DNA of 64,000 nucleotides from a virus (Duplodnaviria; Heunggongvirae; Uroviricota; Caudoviricetes): IMG/VR virus record IMGVR_UViG_3300037067_007156, positions 13,519 to 77,518 of that record; one strand, 5' to 3'. Shown piece by piece: positions 49,801 to 59,870 of this stretch (position 1 is its first letter; each line of letters starts with the position of its first letter). The notes under the pieces were generated by a model. It saw only the letters and a program-made list of their open reading frames with translations, ran no database searches and was not told where the DNA came from. The position numbers and the translations under genes were made by a program.

Positions 49801-50821
49801 TAACTAATTTACCAGTTTTCTCATCCATAGCATACACAGGTATGTCATTACCTTCAGCAGCTAATTGTTTAATTGGAACATAATTTCTACCATCAGCAAC
49901 AGCAATTAAAGTATCTCCAACAACACAAGGATTTGTCGATACTGTCTCAAACCCCAAATCTGCATAACAATCAGGAATAGATTCTCTGATAATGGTATCC
50001 CAATATAAAATTCCTGGTTCCGCAGACTTCCAAGCATTAAAAATTATTTTTTTCCATAATCTTTTAGCATCAACATCCTGTTTCACCATTGGATTTTCAC
50101 TATCTATTGGAAATTGTTGAGAATATGATGTTTCATTCAACACCGAATTCATAAAATCATCATCAATTTTCACAGATATATTTGCACCTGAAACCTTACC
50201 CCGTTCAAGCTTAGCATCTATAAATTTTTCTACATCTGGGTGTTTAATGGACATTGAAAGGAGGAGTGCTCCCCTTCTCCCATCCTGCGCGACTTCACGA
50301 GTGGTGTTAGAATATCTTTCCATAAATGGTACAATACCCGTTGAAGTTAATGCACTGTTTTTAACAGGTGAACCAGTTGGTCTTATGAATGATAGGTCAA
50401 AACCCACACCGGCACGTCTTTTCTGAAGTTGCGCTGTTTCTTGGTCAAGTTTAAAAATACCACCATATGAATCAGAATCAATATTATTACCTATAACAAA
50501 ACAATTACTAATACTTACTATTTGAAAATTATTACCAATACCAGACATTGGACTACCTTGAGGAACAAGTCTTTCGAAATTCTTTAATGATTCAAATATA
50601 ATATCTTCTGATATTGGGTTCTTATATTTATTTTCAATTCTTGCAAGTTCACTTGAAAGTCTTCTATGCATATCATCTGGTGATTTCTCATATAAATTCC
50701 CAAATGAATCTTTTAAACAATATTTATTTATCCATACTTCAGCTGCTAATTCATCCCCTTTGAAATATTTTAAAGTTTCTGTTAATACTTCTTCTCTTGT
50801 GTACTTTATTAATTCTGGCAT
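46850..50821 (-). CDS. nrdJ: Class II (adenosylcobalamin-dependent) ribonucleotide reductase with intein
   Basis: SNCFV, GRRGA, SAEPG, TNP|CGE split by intein, RRTGLG, ISPTGT, TTSGIEP, GLTVYRDGSR, C-terminal Zn ribbon. Confidence 0.92.
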   Translation of the reverse strand: MPELIKYTREEVLTETLKYFKGDELAAEVWINKYCLKDSFGNLYEKSPDDMHRRLSSELARIENKYKNPISEDIIFESLKNFERLVPQGSPMSGIGNNFQIVSISNCFVIGNNIDSDSYGGIFKLDQETAQLQKRRAGVGFDLSFIRPTGSPVKNSALTSTGIVPFMERYSNTTREVAQDGRRGALLLSMSIKHPDVEKFIDAKLERGKVSGANISVKIDDDFMNSVLNETSYSQQFPIDSENPMVKQDVDAKRLWKKIIFNAWKSAEPGILYWDTIIRESIPDCYADLGFETVSTNPCVVGDTLIAVADGRNYVPIKQLAAEGNDIPVYAMDEKTGKLVIKTMRNPRITGFNQPIYKVTIQGNHTMRVTGEHKFILKDGSIKEAKNLVNGDSLNILTKWEASFDEIFPKSNSKSIDYIWINNGKFKSTISEHRFIYEQLNNIKIDTGNVIHHKDYNSLNNSIDNLLMMTKENHDFLHKDNMFGEKNPYHKMTDEWKYNFASHKGSTNRLYIDISTDDLKNHALKLTEKLNRRFSKNDWLLYAKENNIPQSFSQFRIEEINSGVTALSKWAALESKIEFVNEDPRLVVTYKKMLENGYNSEIRGNKVFVEKICEECETPFWVEHRQREISFCSNTCSNLYVNRMSDTNNRRTETINETFKVKSEKNKQKQLKIFSDFKFKFGRSPLLKEWETECKKQYIPFRLKTKYGFDNFKELKEEAELYNHKVLSVELDGVENVFNGTVDEFHNFYSGGFEEKTKSGKHKYINVLSRQCGEITLCKSDSCRLLALNLFGYVKNSFTKEAYFDFDLFKKDVILAERMMDDIVDLELEKIDQILEKIDNDPEDEFIKLYEKNLWVEIKKKAEMGRRTGLGITGEGDMLAALNLRYGTKNATDFAEEIQKNLKLEAYRSSMIMAKERGSFPIYDSNRELNNPFILRIKEEDPELYTEMIKYGRRNIALLTISPTGTVSLMTQTTSGIEPCFFPVYMRRRKINPQEKNVRVDFTDDEGVVWQEYPVFHHKFETWLEVNGFDIDVVKNMKKEQLDEIVKQSPYYKATANDVDWVEKVEMQGKIQKHVDHSISVTVNLPNNVTEEIVAKVYETGWKCGCKGLTVYRDGSRSGVLITKKEQKEKEKLDAFKDHNAPKRPKRLKADIIRFQNDSEKWIAVVGLLDGRPYELFTGKLVNGLSSLSPTIKECEIVKTKIDDEDGKKISRYDMEYIDVDGEKKTYLELNHSFNPEFWNYAKLISSVLRHGMPLTYVYGLINSLNLNDAHLNTWKAGVERVIKKYIKDGEKIKGVCQECGSEHLEFKEGCMTCMSCGSSKCS
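48509..49927 (-). mobile_element. Intein (473 aa) with HNH endonuclease and C-terminal Gln
   Basis: Starts CVVGDT, block B VTGEHKF, HNH (IHHKDYNSLNNSIDNL), block F VFNGTVDEFHNF, ends SRQ before extein C. Confidence 0.85.
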
Positions 50822-50840
50822 TTTTCATTTTGATATTTTT

Positions 50841-51743
50841 TTAATTTTGCTTTAAACAAAATTTATTCATTTCTTCTTCTATATTTTGTAAATATGATAT
50901 TCTTATTAATTTAATATCATTTTGTTTACAAAAATGTTCTTTTATTAAATCGTGTTTTTTAATTTTTTCTAAATTTTTTTGTCCACCCCATTTATTTATT
51001 GATTCAAAATGATGTCTTCCATCAAATTCAATACATAGGTTTTGTTCTGGTAAATAAAAATCAAAAGGTAATGTTCTTTTATCTTTACATTTATTAAATT
51101 TATGTTGTCTAATAAATCGGATATTATTTTCTATTAAGATATTTGTAATTTTTTTCTCCCCATGTGATTCAGAGCAATGAGGACAACCAATACCATTTAA
51201 ATGATTGTTCGGTGTTATTTCAAAATCACCATGTATTGGGCATGTTACAATAACTTTTTCTTTAACACGTTTAAAATCCACTTTACTATAACCATAAAAA
51301 TAATTATGCTTTTTTTCACTTCTTTCAACAAATTGTTTTTGTGTCAATTTATATGTTTTAGAACATTTCGGACAACCTTTCTTTCCGTATAAATGATTAT
51401 TTAAAGTTTGTTCAAAATCACCATGTATCGGGCATATTATAATAACATAATCATTCATTGTTTTATATTCTACTTTCGAATAATCATATTTATTAAGATG
51501 TATCTTGTTGCATTTTTTTAAAACTTCAATTTTTCTTTTATTATTTCTTTCTTCTTTTTTACATTCTTTGCATAAAAAAACATTTAATAAATTTATAGGT
51601 GTTTGTTCAAACTCACCATGTTTTTCACATATAACTTTAACTTTTTTATGCATATTCTTATAATCGATTAAACTATAATCATATTTATCATCAATACGTT
51701 TTAAACGGTCTATAAGAATATGTAATGGTATTGCATTATTCAT
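50841..51743 (-). CDS. Putative homing endonuclease (CPIHG Zn repeats plus Vsr/DUF559-like domain)
   Basis: Three YDYS...C..HG.F...GCP.C units; LPFDFYLP...IEFDGRHH. Confidence 0.75.
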   Translation of the reverse strand: MNNAIPLHILIDRLKRIDDKYDYSLIDYKNMHKKVKVICEKHGEFEQTPINLLNVFLCKECKKEERNNKRKIEVLKKCNKIHLNKYDYSKVEYKTMNDYVIIICPIHGDFEQTLNNHLYGKKGCPKCSKTYKLTQKQFVERSEKKHNYFYGYSKVDFKRVKEKVIVTCPIHGDFEITPNNHLNGIGCPHCSESHGEKKITNILIENNIRFIRQHKFNKCKDKRTLPFDFYLPEQNLCIEFDGRHHFESINKWGGQKNLEKIKKHDLIKEHFCKQNDIKLIRISYLQNIEEEMNKFCLKQN

Positions 51744-51748
51744 TTTTA

Positions 51749-52510
51749 TTAAACAAAATTTATATTATCCAAATTTTTTAAATAACCTTTGGATTTAAGT
51801 TCTCTGATTACTATTGTAGCATATTTTTTATCAAGAAGTTTAAAAATATTAAATATATTATCTGAAAAGTAATAAGCCAACTCGACAAATAATTCTGAGT
51901 GTGTATATTTAATACTTAACTGTTCTAATAATAATCTATAATAATCATTAAAAGATTGTTTATTTGGTTTTCTTCTATTATTTTTAAAATCTAATTCAGT
52001 GTGTTTTTCTAAAATTTCGAATACATCATTTGAAAGATTTTTTTGATTTACATAATCCTCATTATTTTTGGATTCTTGTTCAAATAAACTACCAGATTCT
52101 ATTTTATAGACTTTATTAATTGGATGGTCAGAAGTATCATCTTCCGCTGTTTCTCCTTTATTTTCTTTCCCCTTGAAAATAGTATCCCGTTTCAAAGAAT
52201 GACGACCTTCTCTTTTATGTTTATTATTGTTAAAACGATATATAGCATTTAAATCACCTTGGTTATTTGAAGAATTATTTTTATTTTCACTATTTTTGAT
52301 ACTTAAATCTTCATCGTTGTCACAATCTTCATCATCTTCAATTACATCAACATAAGGTTCATCGTAAGTTTCAACTTCTTCAAAAGTATCCTCTACAAAT
52401 TCATCCTTTCCTAAATTTATTTCATTATACTCATCATTTTCATCATCGTTTTCCAAGAATATTGGATTTTCAATTTCTTCGTTTTTTAAATTTTTATTTT
52501 TATCACTCAT
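51749..52510 (-). CDS. Acidic hypothetical protein
   Basis: 253 aa, D/E-rich N-half. Confidence 0.7.
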   Translation of the reverse strand: MSDKNKNLKNEEIENPIFLENDDENDEYNEINLGKDEFVEDTFEEVETYDEPYVDVIEDDEDCDNDEDLSIKNSENKNNSSNNQGDLNAIYRFNNNKHKREGRHSLKRDTIFKGKENKGETAEDDTSDHPINKVYKIESGSLFEQESKNNEDYVNQKNLSNDVFEILEKHTELDFKNNRRKPNKQSFNDYYRLLLEQLSIKYTHSELFVELAYYFSDNIFNIFKLLDKKYATIVIRELKSKGYLKNLDNINFV

Positions 52511-52527
52511 AAAAGAAAAATTATTTT

Positions 52528-53868
52528 TTAATCTACAACCAATAGGTCATTTTCCATTGTTAAAGTTTCGGGTTTAAAAGTAAATTTAACCTGTTGTTCT
52601 TTACATTCACCATCACGTAGTTTTAAATTCTTCAGACGATAAAGATTCTGTCTTTTCATTTCTGTTGTTCTGATAATAGCCCAAACAGTATCAGCAGTTT
52701 CAACAATAGCTTTAGATTCTGGTACAGCATCCATTTTAATATCAGATGCCCCCCATACTGCCCTATCAGTTTGTGTAGCCGTAATAAACGTGATATTATG
52801 TTTTCCGGCCAAATACCTCAGACCTTCTGCTATATGTTTTCCTTTTTGATATAAATTACCTTTAATATCTAAACCTTTTTCAAGACTCATTATATTAAGA
52901 TAATCAACAATTACCATGTCAACTTTAAATTGTTTATTATCTTGAACTTTCATTATATAATTATCAATGTCAGTAACAGTACAATCACTTGTATTGAATT
53001 TCTTAACAAAAAGTTCCCCTACTTTACTATTGAATAAATTATTTGTTATTGCTGTATTTTTGAACGATTTCAATTTATTTATCATATATTGAGTATCGTT
53101 ACTTTTTTCTTCATAAAGGCTTGGTGGAATACCAAGAAGCATAGAACCCATTCTTTTGGTACATTTATATTCAGCCATTTCCAAAGTTAAAACCAAAACA
53201 TTCCGACCAGCTTTAATTGTATTGGATGCTATATTATGAAGCCACATGCTTTTTCCAATATTTGTTTCTCCCATGATCACATTCAATGTAGCTGTATCCC
53301 ACCCACCTGTTAATACATTATCCAGTGAAGACCATCCAGTTTTAATTTTATTTACATTAACATTTTGTTTATGAGATTCTGGGTCATAAAAATCTGAACC
53401 TAAATCTTCATCAGTATTATCAATAACTAAAAGATTTTTGTATAGATTTTCTAATTCGGAAGTTACACCAAGTACATTTGTTATATTAATATCATCCAAA
53501 CTTCTTATTAATTCGACACTTTTAAAAACTCTTTCTTTAACGGCATTTGATATTTTCCAAGCTCTAAATCTATTTTCAATCCACTCCTTTTCAATAGTAT
53601 CGTTTTGATTTTTCAGTATGGTTCTTAATGCATTATCTGAAATTTTATTTTCAGGGTCATTTATTTTAACCATACCAACTATTTGGTCATTGGATGGAAC
53701 TCGTTTTACTTTTGCTGCTAAATAATAATCATGTATTAATTTATAAACAAATTGTAATTCATCAACTTTAAAAAATGATGGTTCTACAAATTGAAATTGT
53801 AATGGATTTGCCAGTATATATGAAAAAAACGATAATTCCGTTTGTGGTGCAACTTTTTCCCCAGCCAT
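52528..53868 (-). CDS. DnaB-like replicative helicase (T4 gp41-like)
   Basis: KTGW..LD..L.GG, GETNIGKS Walker A, TLEM, IVDYL, TATQ; likely start ATG 53868. Confidence 0.9.
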   Translation of the reverse strand: MAGEKVAPQTELSFFSYILANPLQFQFVEPSFFKVDELQFVYKLIHDYYLAAKVKRVPSNDQIVGMVKINDPENKISDNALRTILKNQNDTIEKEWIENRFRAWKISNAVKERVFKSVELIRSLDDINITNVLGVTSELENLYKNLLVIDNTDEDLGSDFYDPESHKQNVNVNKIKTGWSSLDNVLTGGWDTATLNVIMGETNIGKSMWLHNIASNTIKAGRNVLVLTLEMAEYKCTKRMGSMLLGIPPSLYEEKSNDTQYMINKLKSFKNTAITNNLFNSKVGELFVKKFNTSDCTVTDIDNYIMKVQDNKQFKVDMVIVDYLNIMSLEKGLDIKGNLYQKGKHIAEGLRYLAGKHNITFITATQTDRAVWGASDIKMDAVPESKAIVETADTVWAIIRTTEMKRQNLYRLKNLKLRDGECKEQQVKFTFKPETLTMENDLLVVD

Positions 53869-53945
53869 ATTATTTAAACTGTTTTTAGATAAAAAAACAT
53901 GTGAGGTATAGTTCACATGTTTTTATTTTTTTATTATATTATTAC

Positions 53946-55187
53946 TTAATCAAAAAGTTTAGTTTCTGCACCGTCAACATCGATATTAAAAGTATCATCT
54001 ATTTCATCGACAACATTTTCTTCTGCCTTATGGTGAGCATCTAATGATTGTTCCTGATATTTTTGAGCTTCATCATATGATGAATACCTGAAATAATCTC
54101 TTATAACTGGTTCTAATTTTTCTAAAACATCTTTAGTAAATATTTTAGAAGTATATAATTCTTTATCATAAAAGGATTGGTCTAAATGACGAACATACCA
54201 TTTAGAACGTTGTCCACCTGCCTCAAACACCATTTTTCCATCATCTCCTTTAACCATTTTTCCTCTTGCAATACCGAATTTTTCGAAATTTTCTGCTGAT
54301 AAAAATAAATCTAAACCACCATATTTGTTAGTACCACTTTCACCATCAATATCAAATTTTATTTTTTTCAATTTAGCTAAACGATTTTTCTTAGCTTTTG
54401 CGCTAACTATTATACCAGTCTGACCTATTGACATATCATCTTCTTTTTCACTTTTTAATTTAGCTGAAGATAGATATACAATAACCGATGCTGAATATTC
54501 AAGCCCTTTGCCACCAGTCATAACAGCTTGTGGAAACAGATCTTGTGTGAGGTATATATGATTTGTAGCCACAAGTGGCATCCTTAAATAGCCCATTTCA
54601 ACTGAGATAATTCTAAACAAAGATTTTAAAGATTTAGCTCTTGTCATATCTTGTTTATTTTTACCTTCGATTGCATCTTCAATTTCTTTTCTTGAAGCTG
54701 TACCACCAATACTATCATAAAAAATAATAGTTTTTCTAATATCGAATCCTTCTTCTTTCTTAGCTCTCATACTTTGAAGAAATTTTGCCATAACTGTTTT
54801 AATAGTTTCAACATCTTTTATTCTTAAAAGTTGAAAGTTTGGTTTTGAAACATCCACACCAAAACCTTCGAATGTACTTAAATTACAAGCGTTTTCTGTG
54901 TCAATATATATAACATAATATCCTTGTTTTTGGGCATTACGAGCAATATTATAACAGATGTAAGATTTTCCAGTACCAGGGTCACCTGCAAACACTGTAA
55001 TTCTATCATCTGCGATACCACCACCAATTACATGAGTAGAAAGTAAAGCATCCAAAATATGAACGTCTGTGCTTATAAATGTACTTTTAATGTTGGAATT
55101 TTCTAAGATAACATCTGTTTTGTCTGAAGCTGATTCGAGTAGTCCAGAGATGTCACTAAATGCATTTGTTGAAGTTTTTTTTGCCAT
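53946..55187 (-). CDS. uvsX: RecA/UvsX recombinase
   Basis: GDPGTGKS, YIDTE, FYDSIG, DMTRAK, NHIY, GGKGLEY. Confidence 0.9.
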   Translation of the reverse strand: MAKKTSTNAFSDISGLLESASDKTDVILENSNIKSTFISTDVHILDALLSTHVIGGGIADDRITVFAGDPGTGKSYICYNIARNAQKQGYYVIYIDTENACNLSTFEGFGVDVSKPNFQLLRIKDVETIKTVMAKFLQSMRAKKEEGFDIRKTIIFYDSIGGTASRKEIEDAIEGKNKQDMTRAKSLKSLFRIISVEMGYLRMPLVATNHIYLTQDLFPQAVMTGGKGLEYSASVIVYLSSAKLKSEKEDDMSIGQTGIIVSAKAKKNRLAKLKKIKFDIDGESGTNKYGGLDLFLSAENFEKFGIARGKMVKGDDGKMVFEAGGQRSKWYVRHLDQSFYDKELYTSKIFTKDVLEKLEPVIRDYFRYSSYDEAQKYQEQSLDAHHKAEENVVDEIDDTFNIDVDGAETKLFD

Positions 55188-55445
55188 TTTAATTTAAATT
55201 GTTTTTTATGCTATAAAAGCTATTTAAGCGAATATTGCTTATTAAATGCTTTTTAATCTTGTATAATTAAAAAACTAAAAAGTTTTTAAAAAATTAAATT
55301 ATTTAAAAAATTAAAAAGTGATTATTATATATAAATCAAAAAACTATTTTTTATAAAAAATCAGATAGTTACAAAATAATTCTAAAAATTATTCGACAGA
55401 CCCAATTATAAGTTATATATACATAAAAAATATAATAGTTTAAAT

Positions 55446-55844
55446 ATGAATTTTTATATAGTATTTTGTAAAAACAGGAAAAAATTTGATAAGTATGTAA
55501 AAGTTAATAGAATAAGAAATAAAGTCATTATAGATATAAAAGACCAATTAGAACAGGAAGATATTGATTATGAAGAATTTAAAGAGTATTTCGATGTAAT
55601 AATTTACACAAAAATTATACATGCTTTCAAAAAAGGAAAAGATGTTTATTATTTACCCAATTTTGAAAAAGAAAATATTGATATAAAAGAAATATTCAAA
55701 GTATCAGATACGATAAAGAATTCAGAAATAAAATATAATGTTTTATTTTTTCATGATGAATTTAAGAATGATAACCATATAAATAATTCAATAATAGAAA
55801 ATATTGATAAATTCAATACTTCCCAGATAATAAAGGATTATTAA
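55446..55844 (+). CDS. Hypothetical protein
   Basis: 132-aa ORF. Confidence 0.6.
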   Translation: MNFYIVFCKNRKKFDKYVKVNRIRNKVIIDIKDQLEQEDIDYEEFKEYFDVIIYTKIIHAFKKGKDVYYLPNFEKENIDIKEIFKVSDTIKNSEIKYNVLFFHDEFKNDNHINNSIIENIDKFNTSQIIKDY

Positions 55845-55870
55845 AAATTAATTTCATAATGGTAAGTTCA

Positions 55871-56203
55871 TTAAATTTTAATTTTTCCGGTAAAAGCTTT
55901 GAATATTTTCAAATTAAATTGTTCACTTACTACATCTTTAACAATTTTTTTAATTTTTAAATCATCAAGATGATATTTTAATTTTAAAATCCTGTATATG
56001 TTATCGTAGTTATAATACAACACATAATTTAATGAATCATAACTAAAATAATTAATATTATTTTTATTACCAATTAAAAAATAGTTATAAACTATATCTT
56101 TTGAAGTAATCCATTCTAAATCTTTAATAAGATTCCACAAAAAATACTTTGGGTTTCTTGCTTCTCGTATTTTTTGAATTAGTATGTCAATATTTTCTTC
56201 CAT
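55871..56203 (-). CDS. Third, array-less paralog of the array-associated small protein
   Basis: MEENIDILIQKIREARNPKYFLW...KYHL...VVSEQFNLKI. Confidence 0.8.
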   Translation of the reverse strand: MEENIDILIQKIREARNPKYFLWNLIKDLEWITSKDIVYNYFLIGNKNNINYFSYDSLNYVLYYNYDNIYRILKLKYHLDDLKIKKIVKDVVSEQFNLKIFKAFTGKIKI

Positions 56204-56287
56204 TAATCAAAGTTTATAACAAATATACTTTATTTTTTAATATATACGATTAGACGATTATTCTAATAAAAATTATTATTTACCACG

Positions 56288-57970
56288 ATGTATAATGAAA
56301 TGAGTTTTTTATTCAGTAAGGATTTAAAAATTGATACCCAGAGAACCAATGGTATTCCTCTGTCAAATTCTAACACATTAAAAGGAACAATTAATATAAA
56401 TAAACAATATGTCGTTTATAAAGATAAAAATTTTTTTAAGGGACAAAATGGTGCTATTAGAAATTATATAAAAGAAAAAATATATGATAATGATTCTACC
56501 GATACTAACCCATATATACAATTATTAAAAGACCCAGAATTTCAAAGTGGTTCTAAATCTTTAAGGCCAAGTGATTTCACATATTTGAGAGATTTGGGTG
56601 TTTATCCATTAAACAGATTAATCATTCTAAGACGATTTTCAGAAGGTGTAGTTGTTACAGATGATTTAAATCAAATATCGGTTTCTCCTATTTCGGTTGT
56701 TATCGGGTGGATAAAAGAAGATTTAGATTTATTTAATTTATCATTTAATGAAGAATGGGATACTCAAACTAAATATTTACATGAAATAATTTCTGATATT
56801 TTAAAAAATGAATTTAAAGTTGGTGGTGCTGAAAAAGTAATACCGTCACCAGGTTGGACACAGGGATTATTATTTGGTTTTTTAAAAAACATGGGTCTAA
56901 CTACTGAGTCAGATGCTTATGATATTCCTTTTGGTGACCCCAATCTTTTAAGAGAAGCTGCATATAGGGATTATAGTAAACAAGGGTTAAAATCAACGAT
57001 GAATATATCATTTGAAACAGTTTATGAACAAAAAATAATAGGTGAATTAGACCCAGCCACTGCGATGTTAGATACTATTAGAAATTTATTGAATATGGGA
57101 ACTTCGAAAACACGTTTTATTTTCAGTGCTGAATCTGAAATAATTAAAAAATTAACACTCGCTGTTAATAATAAAGGTAATAATATGGATGCTTGGGCTG
57201 ATGTAGTAAGAGAAATAGTTACAGCTTTCATCAATGCCACCAAAGAAACTTTTTCCGACATTTTTGGTTCAAATCCAGAAGAAATTAATAAAACTTTTGA
57301 AGAAAAACCAAAAGAAGAAATGGATGAAGAAAATCAAATTAAAATAAATGAAGGTAAAATGGAAGCATTAAAATCTAAGGGTGAAACAGGTTGGTTTGAA
57401 AAAGATAGAGCAGAATATAATAAATTGGAAGAAGAAAATAAATCATTAAGAGGAACTGTTACAGAAAAACAGAAAATAGACCAAGCTAAAGAAAATGAAG
57501 CTAAAAAGGATGAAACCGTTGGTTTTGCTAAAGCAGCAGCTGAAAATGTTGGAGTATTATCAAGCATGTTAGATGAAACTACTACTATGGGTAAATTCTT
57601 AAAATCTGTTATGGCTTCAACTTTTGCTAAACATAGATGGCCTATTAGGGGTTCAATTGGAGCAATGACTGGACAACCCACAGCACCTTGGCATATAACA
57701 ATAGGTAATCCTTGGTCACCTATTATATCAGCAGGAAATATGATAGTCGATAAAATAGATTTATCATCTAAAGGTGAACTTGGGTTTAATGATATGCCTA
57801 TTTTTGTTAATGCTAATATTAGTTTACGTTTTGGTCGAAACATGGGGTCTCAAGAAATTGAAAAAATATTCAATAATGGTTATCAAAGAATTTATGCTAA
57901 ACCAAGTAATGATTCAAGTTCAAAAGATAAAACAAAACCAAAAGACCAGACTGTACCGCCAAAACTTTAA
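56288..57970 (+). CDS. Putative baseplate/tail structural protein
   Basis: First gene of baseplate cluster; PWHITIGNP...GNM...ELGFNDMP. Confidence 0.5.
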   Translation: MYNEMSFLFSKDLKIDTQRTNGIPLSNSNTLKGTININKQYVVYKDKNFFKGQNGAIRNYIKEKIYDNDSTDTNPYIQLLKDPEFQSGSKSLRPSDFTYLRDLGVYPLNRLIILRRFSEGVVVTDDLNQISVSPISVVIGWIKEDLDLFNLSFNEEWDTQTKYLHEIISDILKNEFKVGGAEKVIPSPGWTQGLLFGFLKNMGLTTESDAYDIPFGDPNLLREAAYRDYSKQGLKSTMNISFETVYEQKIIGELDPATAMLDTIRNLLNMGTSKTRFIFSAESEIIKKLTLAVNNKGNNMDAWADVVREIVTAFINATKETFSDIFGSNPEEINKTFEEKPKEEMDEENQIKINEGKMEALKSKGETGWFEKDRAEYNKLEEENKSLRGTVTEKQKIDQAKENEAKKDETVGFAKAAAENVGVLSSMLDETTTMGKFLKSVMASTFAKHRWPIRGSIGAMTGQPTAPWHITIGNPWSPIISAGNMIVDKIDLSSKGELGFNDMPIFVNANISLRFGRNMGSQEIEKIFNNGYQRIYAKPSNDSSSKDKTKPKDQTVPPKL

Positions 57971-57993
57971 GGTAAAAAAATGAAAATAAAAAA

Positions 57994-58470
57994 ATGAAAA
58001 TATATTCTTTTACTGAAGATTGTAAATTAAAAAGAGAAAGTAATGTGAGAGGTGCACCTTTTGATTTATTCAGAAGCACTGTAACAGATAAAGATATAAA
58101 TAATATAAAATTATATTTATATATTGTTCCACCTGAAAATATTGGAAGACTTGATAAAATATCAGTTGCTCTTTATGGTTCAAATGAATATGTCGATGAA
58201 TTAATGAAAATAAATAACATAATCAACCCTTATTCAATAAACGAAAAGGATGAAATATTATATCCCGAATTAGGTGATATTGTATCTACACATTTACCTA
58301 TTGAAAATGAAACAGTGGCATCAGTTAATATTAATAATGCTAAGAATACAAGAAAAGATGCTAATAGAAAAAATACAACTGTACCTGTTGTAGTTAAAGA
58401 TACTAATGCTAAACAAGTAGAGTGGAATAAAGAAAATAAAACACTTTCAATAATAAATATAATACCTTAA
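57994..58470 (+). CDS. Baseplate wedge protein, gp53/LysM-like
   Basis: RLDKIS..LYG...LMKINNIINPYSI. Confidence 0.65.
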   Translation: MKIYSFTEDCKLKRESNVRGAPFDLFRSTVTDKDINNIKLYLYIVPPENIGRLDKISVALYGSNEYVDELMKINNIINPYSINEKDEILYPELGDIVSTHLPIENETVASVNINNAKNTRKDANRKNTTVPVVVKDTNAKQVEWNKENKTLSIINIIP

Positions 58471-58472
58471 AT

Positions 58473-59861
58473 ATGATATCACGATTAACAAGACCATCTA
58501 TTGAATTACAAAAAATAGACATCAAATATAATGATGATGTTCAAGAAAAAAATGCCAATGATTTTGTTTCAAGAATCGGTTTATATCCATTTGTTATAAT
58601 TAACGGTCTTATATTGGAACATAGATATATTTTAAATTTTGTTTTAAAAAATGACCAGTTTCTTCCAAAATTGGAAATGAAGTTTAAGGATTTAAGTAAT
58701 AAAATTATAGATGAACTATTTCCATTGGATGATACAATAATTTCAATTTTTATAAAATCTCCATCAGAAAATTTAATGCCTGTCAGGATGGATTTTAAAG
58801 TGACTGAATTTAATCCAGTTAAAAATGATATAAATAATGAAGAAACTATTTATTCATTAGAAGGAATACTAAGTGTAAACGGTTTATATAATTCCCCCTA
58901 TTGGAGCAAAGAAGATACTTCTTTTAATATTATGAAAGAATTGGCTAATTCAACGGGATTAGGGTTTGCGACAAACATTCAAAGTACTAATGATAAAATG
59001 ATATGGATAAATCCAGCCGATATAAATTTAGATTTTATTAAAATGATAACAATGGCTTCATATAAAGATGATGAATCGTTTCTTTGGTCATATGTTGATT
59101 TTTATTATAATTTAACATATGTAGATATAGAAACACAATTCGGGGATTCTACTGAAGGTTTAGAAGGTATAAACTCTAATAAATATTTAATGGACGATGC
59201 TGATAATACATCCTCTTTATTTTTAACAAATCATCCCGATTCTTATGGGTCATCTTTATTTATATCAAAATATAATATTGTTAATTCATCAACCAAAACA
59301 AATCTTGACATTGGATATAACTATTTTATAAAATATTATAATACAATTGAAAAAAATTTAGCAGGTTTATTAATAGATACTATTTCAAATAGTGGGGATA
59401 ACGGTGATATAGTTTTAAAATCAAATAATGAAAATGGTAATAATTCGGACTCATTATATAATACTAACTGGAATAACGATTATCTTGGAAGAGTAGATAA
59501 TGATAATATGCATAAGAATTTTTATTATTCATTAATACAGAATGAAAGAAATATGAAATATTTCCAAAAAATTAGAATGAAAGTAATAATTACGACACCT
59601 AATTTCAATTTATATAGGTTTCAAATGATTAATGTTAAACTATATAAGATGCAAGAGATGGATAGTAAAACGAGAGTAACACCAACTGAAAACAGAATTG
59701 ACTTAGCAAATAAAAATATATATGAAGATAAATTGAATAAGAGATTATCTGGAAATTGGATGATATCTGGTATTAATTACACTTTCAGTGCTGATGGTGG
59801 ATGGCAACAAGAAATAAACTTAGTTCGTCGAGAACTTGGTGATAGTAAATTAAAATTATAA
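58473..59861 (+). CDS. Baseplate hub protein (gp27-like)
   Basis: C-terminal LSGNWMISGINYTF...QEINLVRR; position between gp53-like and gp5-like genes. Confidence 0.6.
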   Translation: MISRLTRPSIELQKIDIKYNDDVQEKNANDFVSRIGLYPFVIINGLILEHRYILNFVLKNDQFLPKLEMKFKDLSNKIIDELFPLDDTIISIFIKSPSENLMPVRMDFKVTEFNPVKNDINNEETIYSLEGILSVNGLYNSPYWSKEDTSFNIMKELANSTGLGFATNIQSTNDKMIWINPADINLDFIKMITMASYKDDESFLWSYVDFYYNLTYVDIETQFGDSTEGLEGINSNKYLMDDADNTSSLFLTNHPDSYGSSLFISKYNIVNSSTKTNLDIGYNYFIKYYNTIEKNLAGLLIDTISNSGDNGDIVLKSNNENGNNSDSLYNTNWNNDYLGRVDNDNMHKNFYYSLIQNERNMKYFQKIRMKVIITTPNFNLYRFQMINVKLYKMQEMDSKTRVTPTENRIDLANKNIYEDKLNKRLSGNWMISGINYTFSADGGWQQEINLVRRELGDSKLKL

Positions 59862-59870
59862 TAATTAAAA

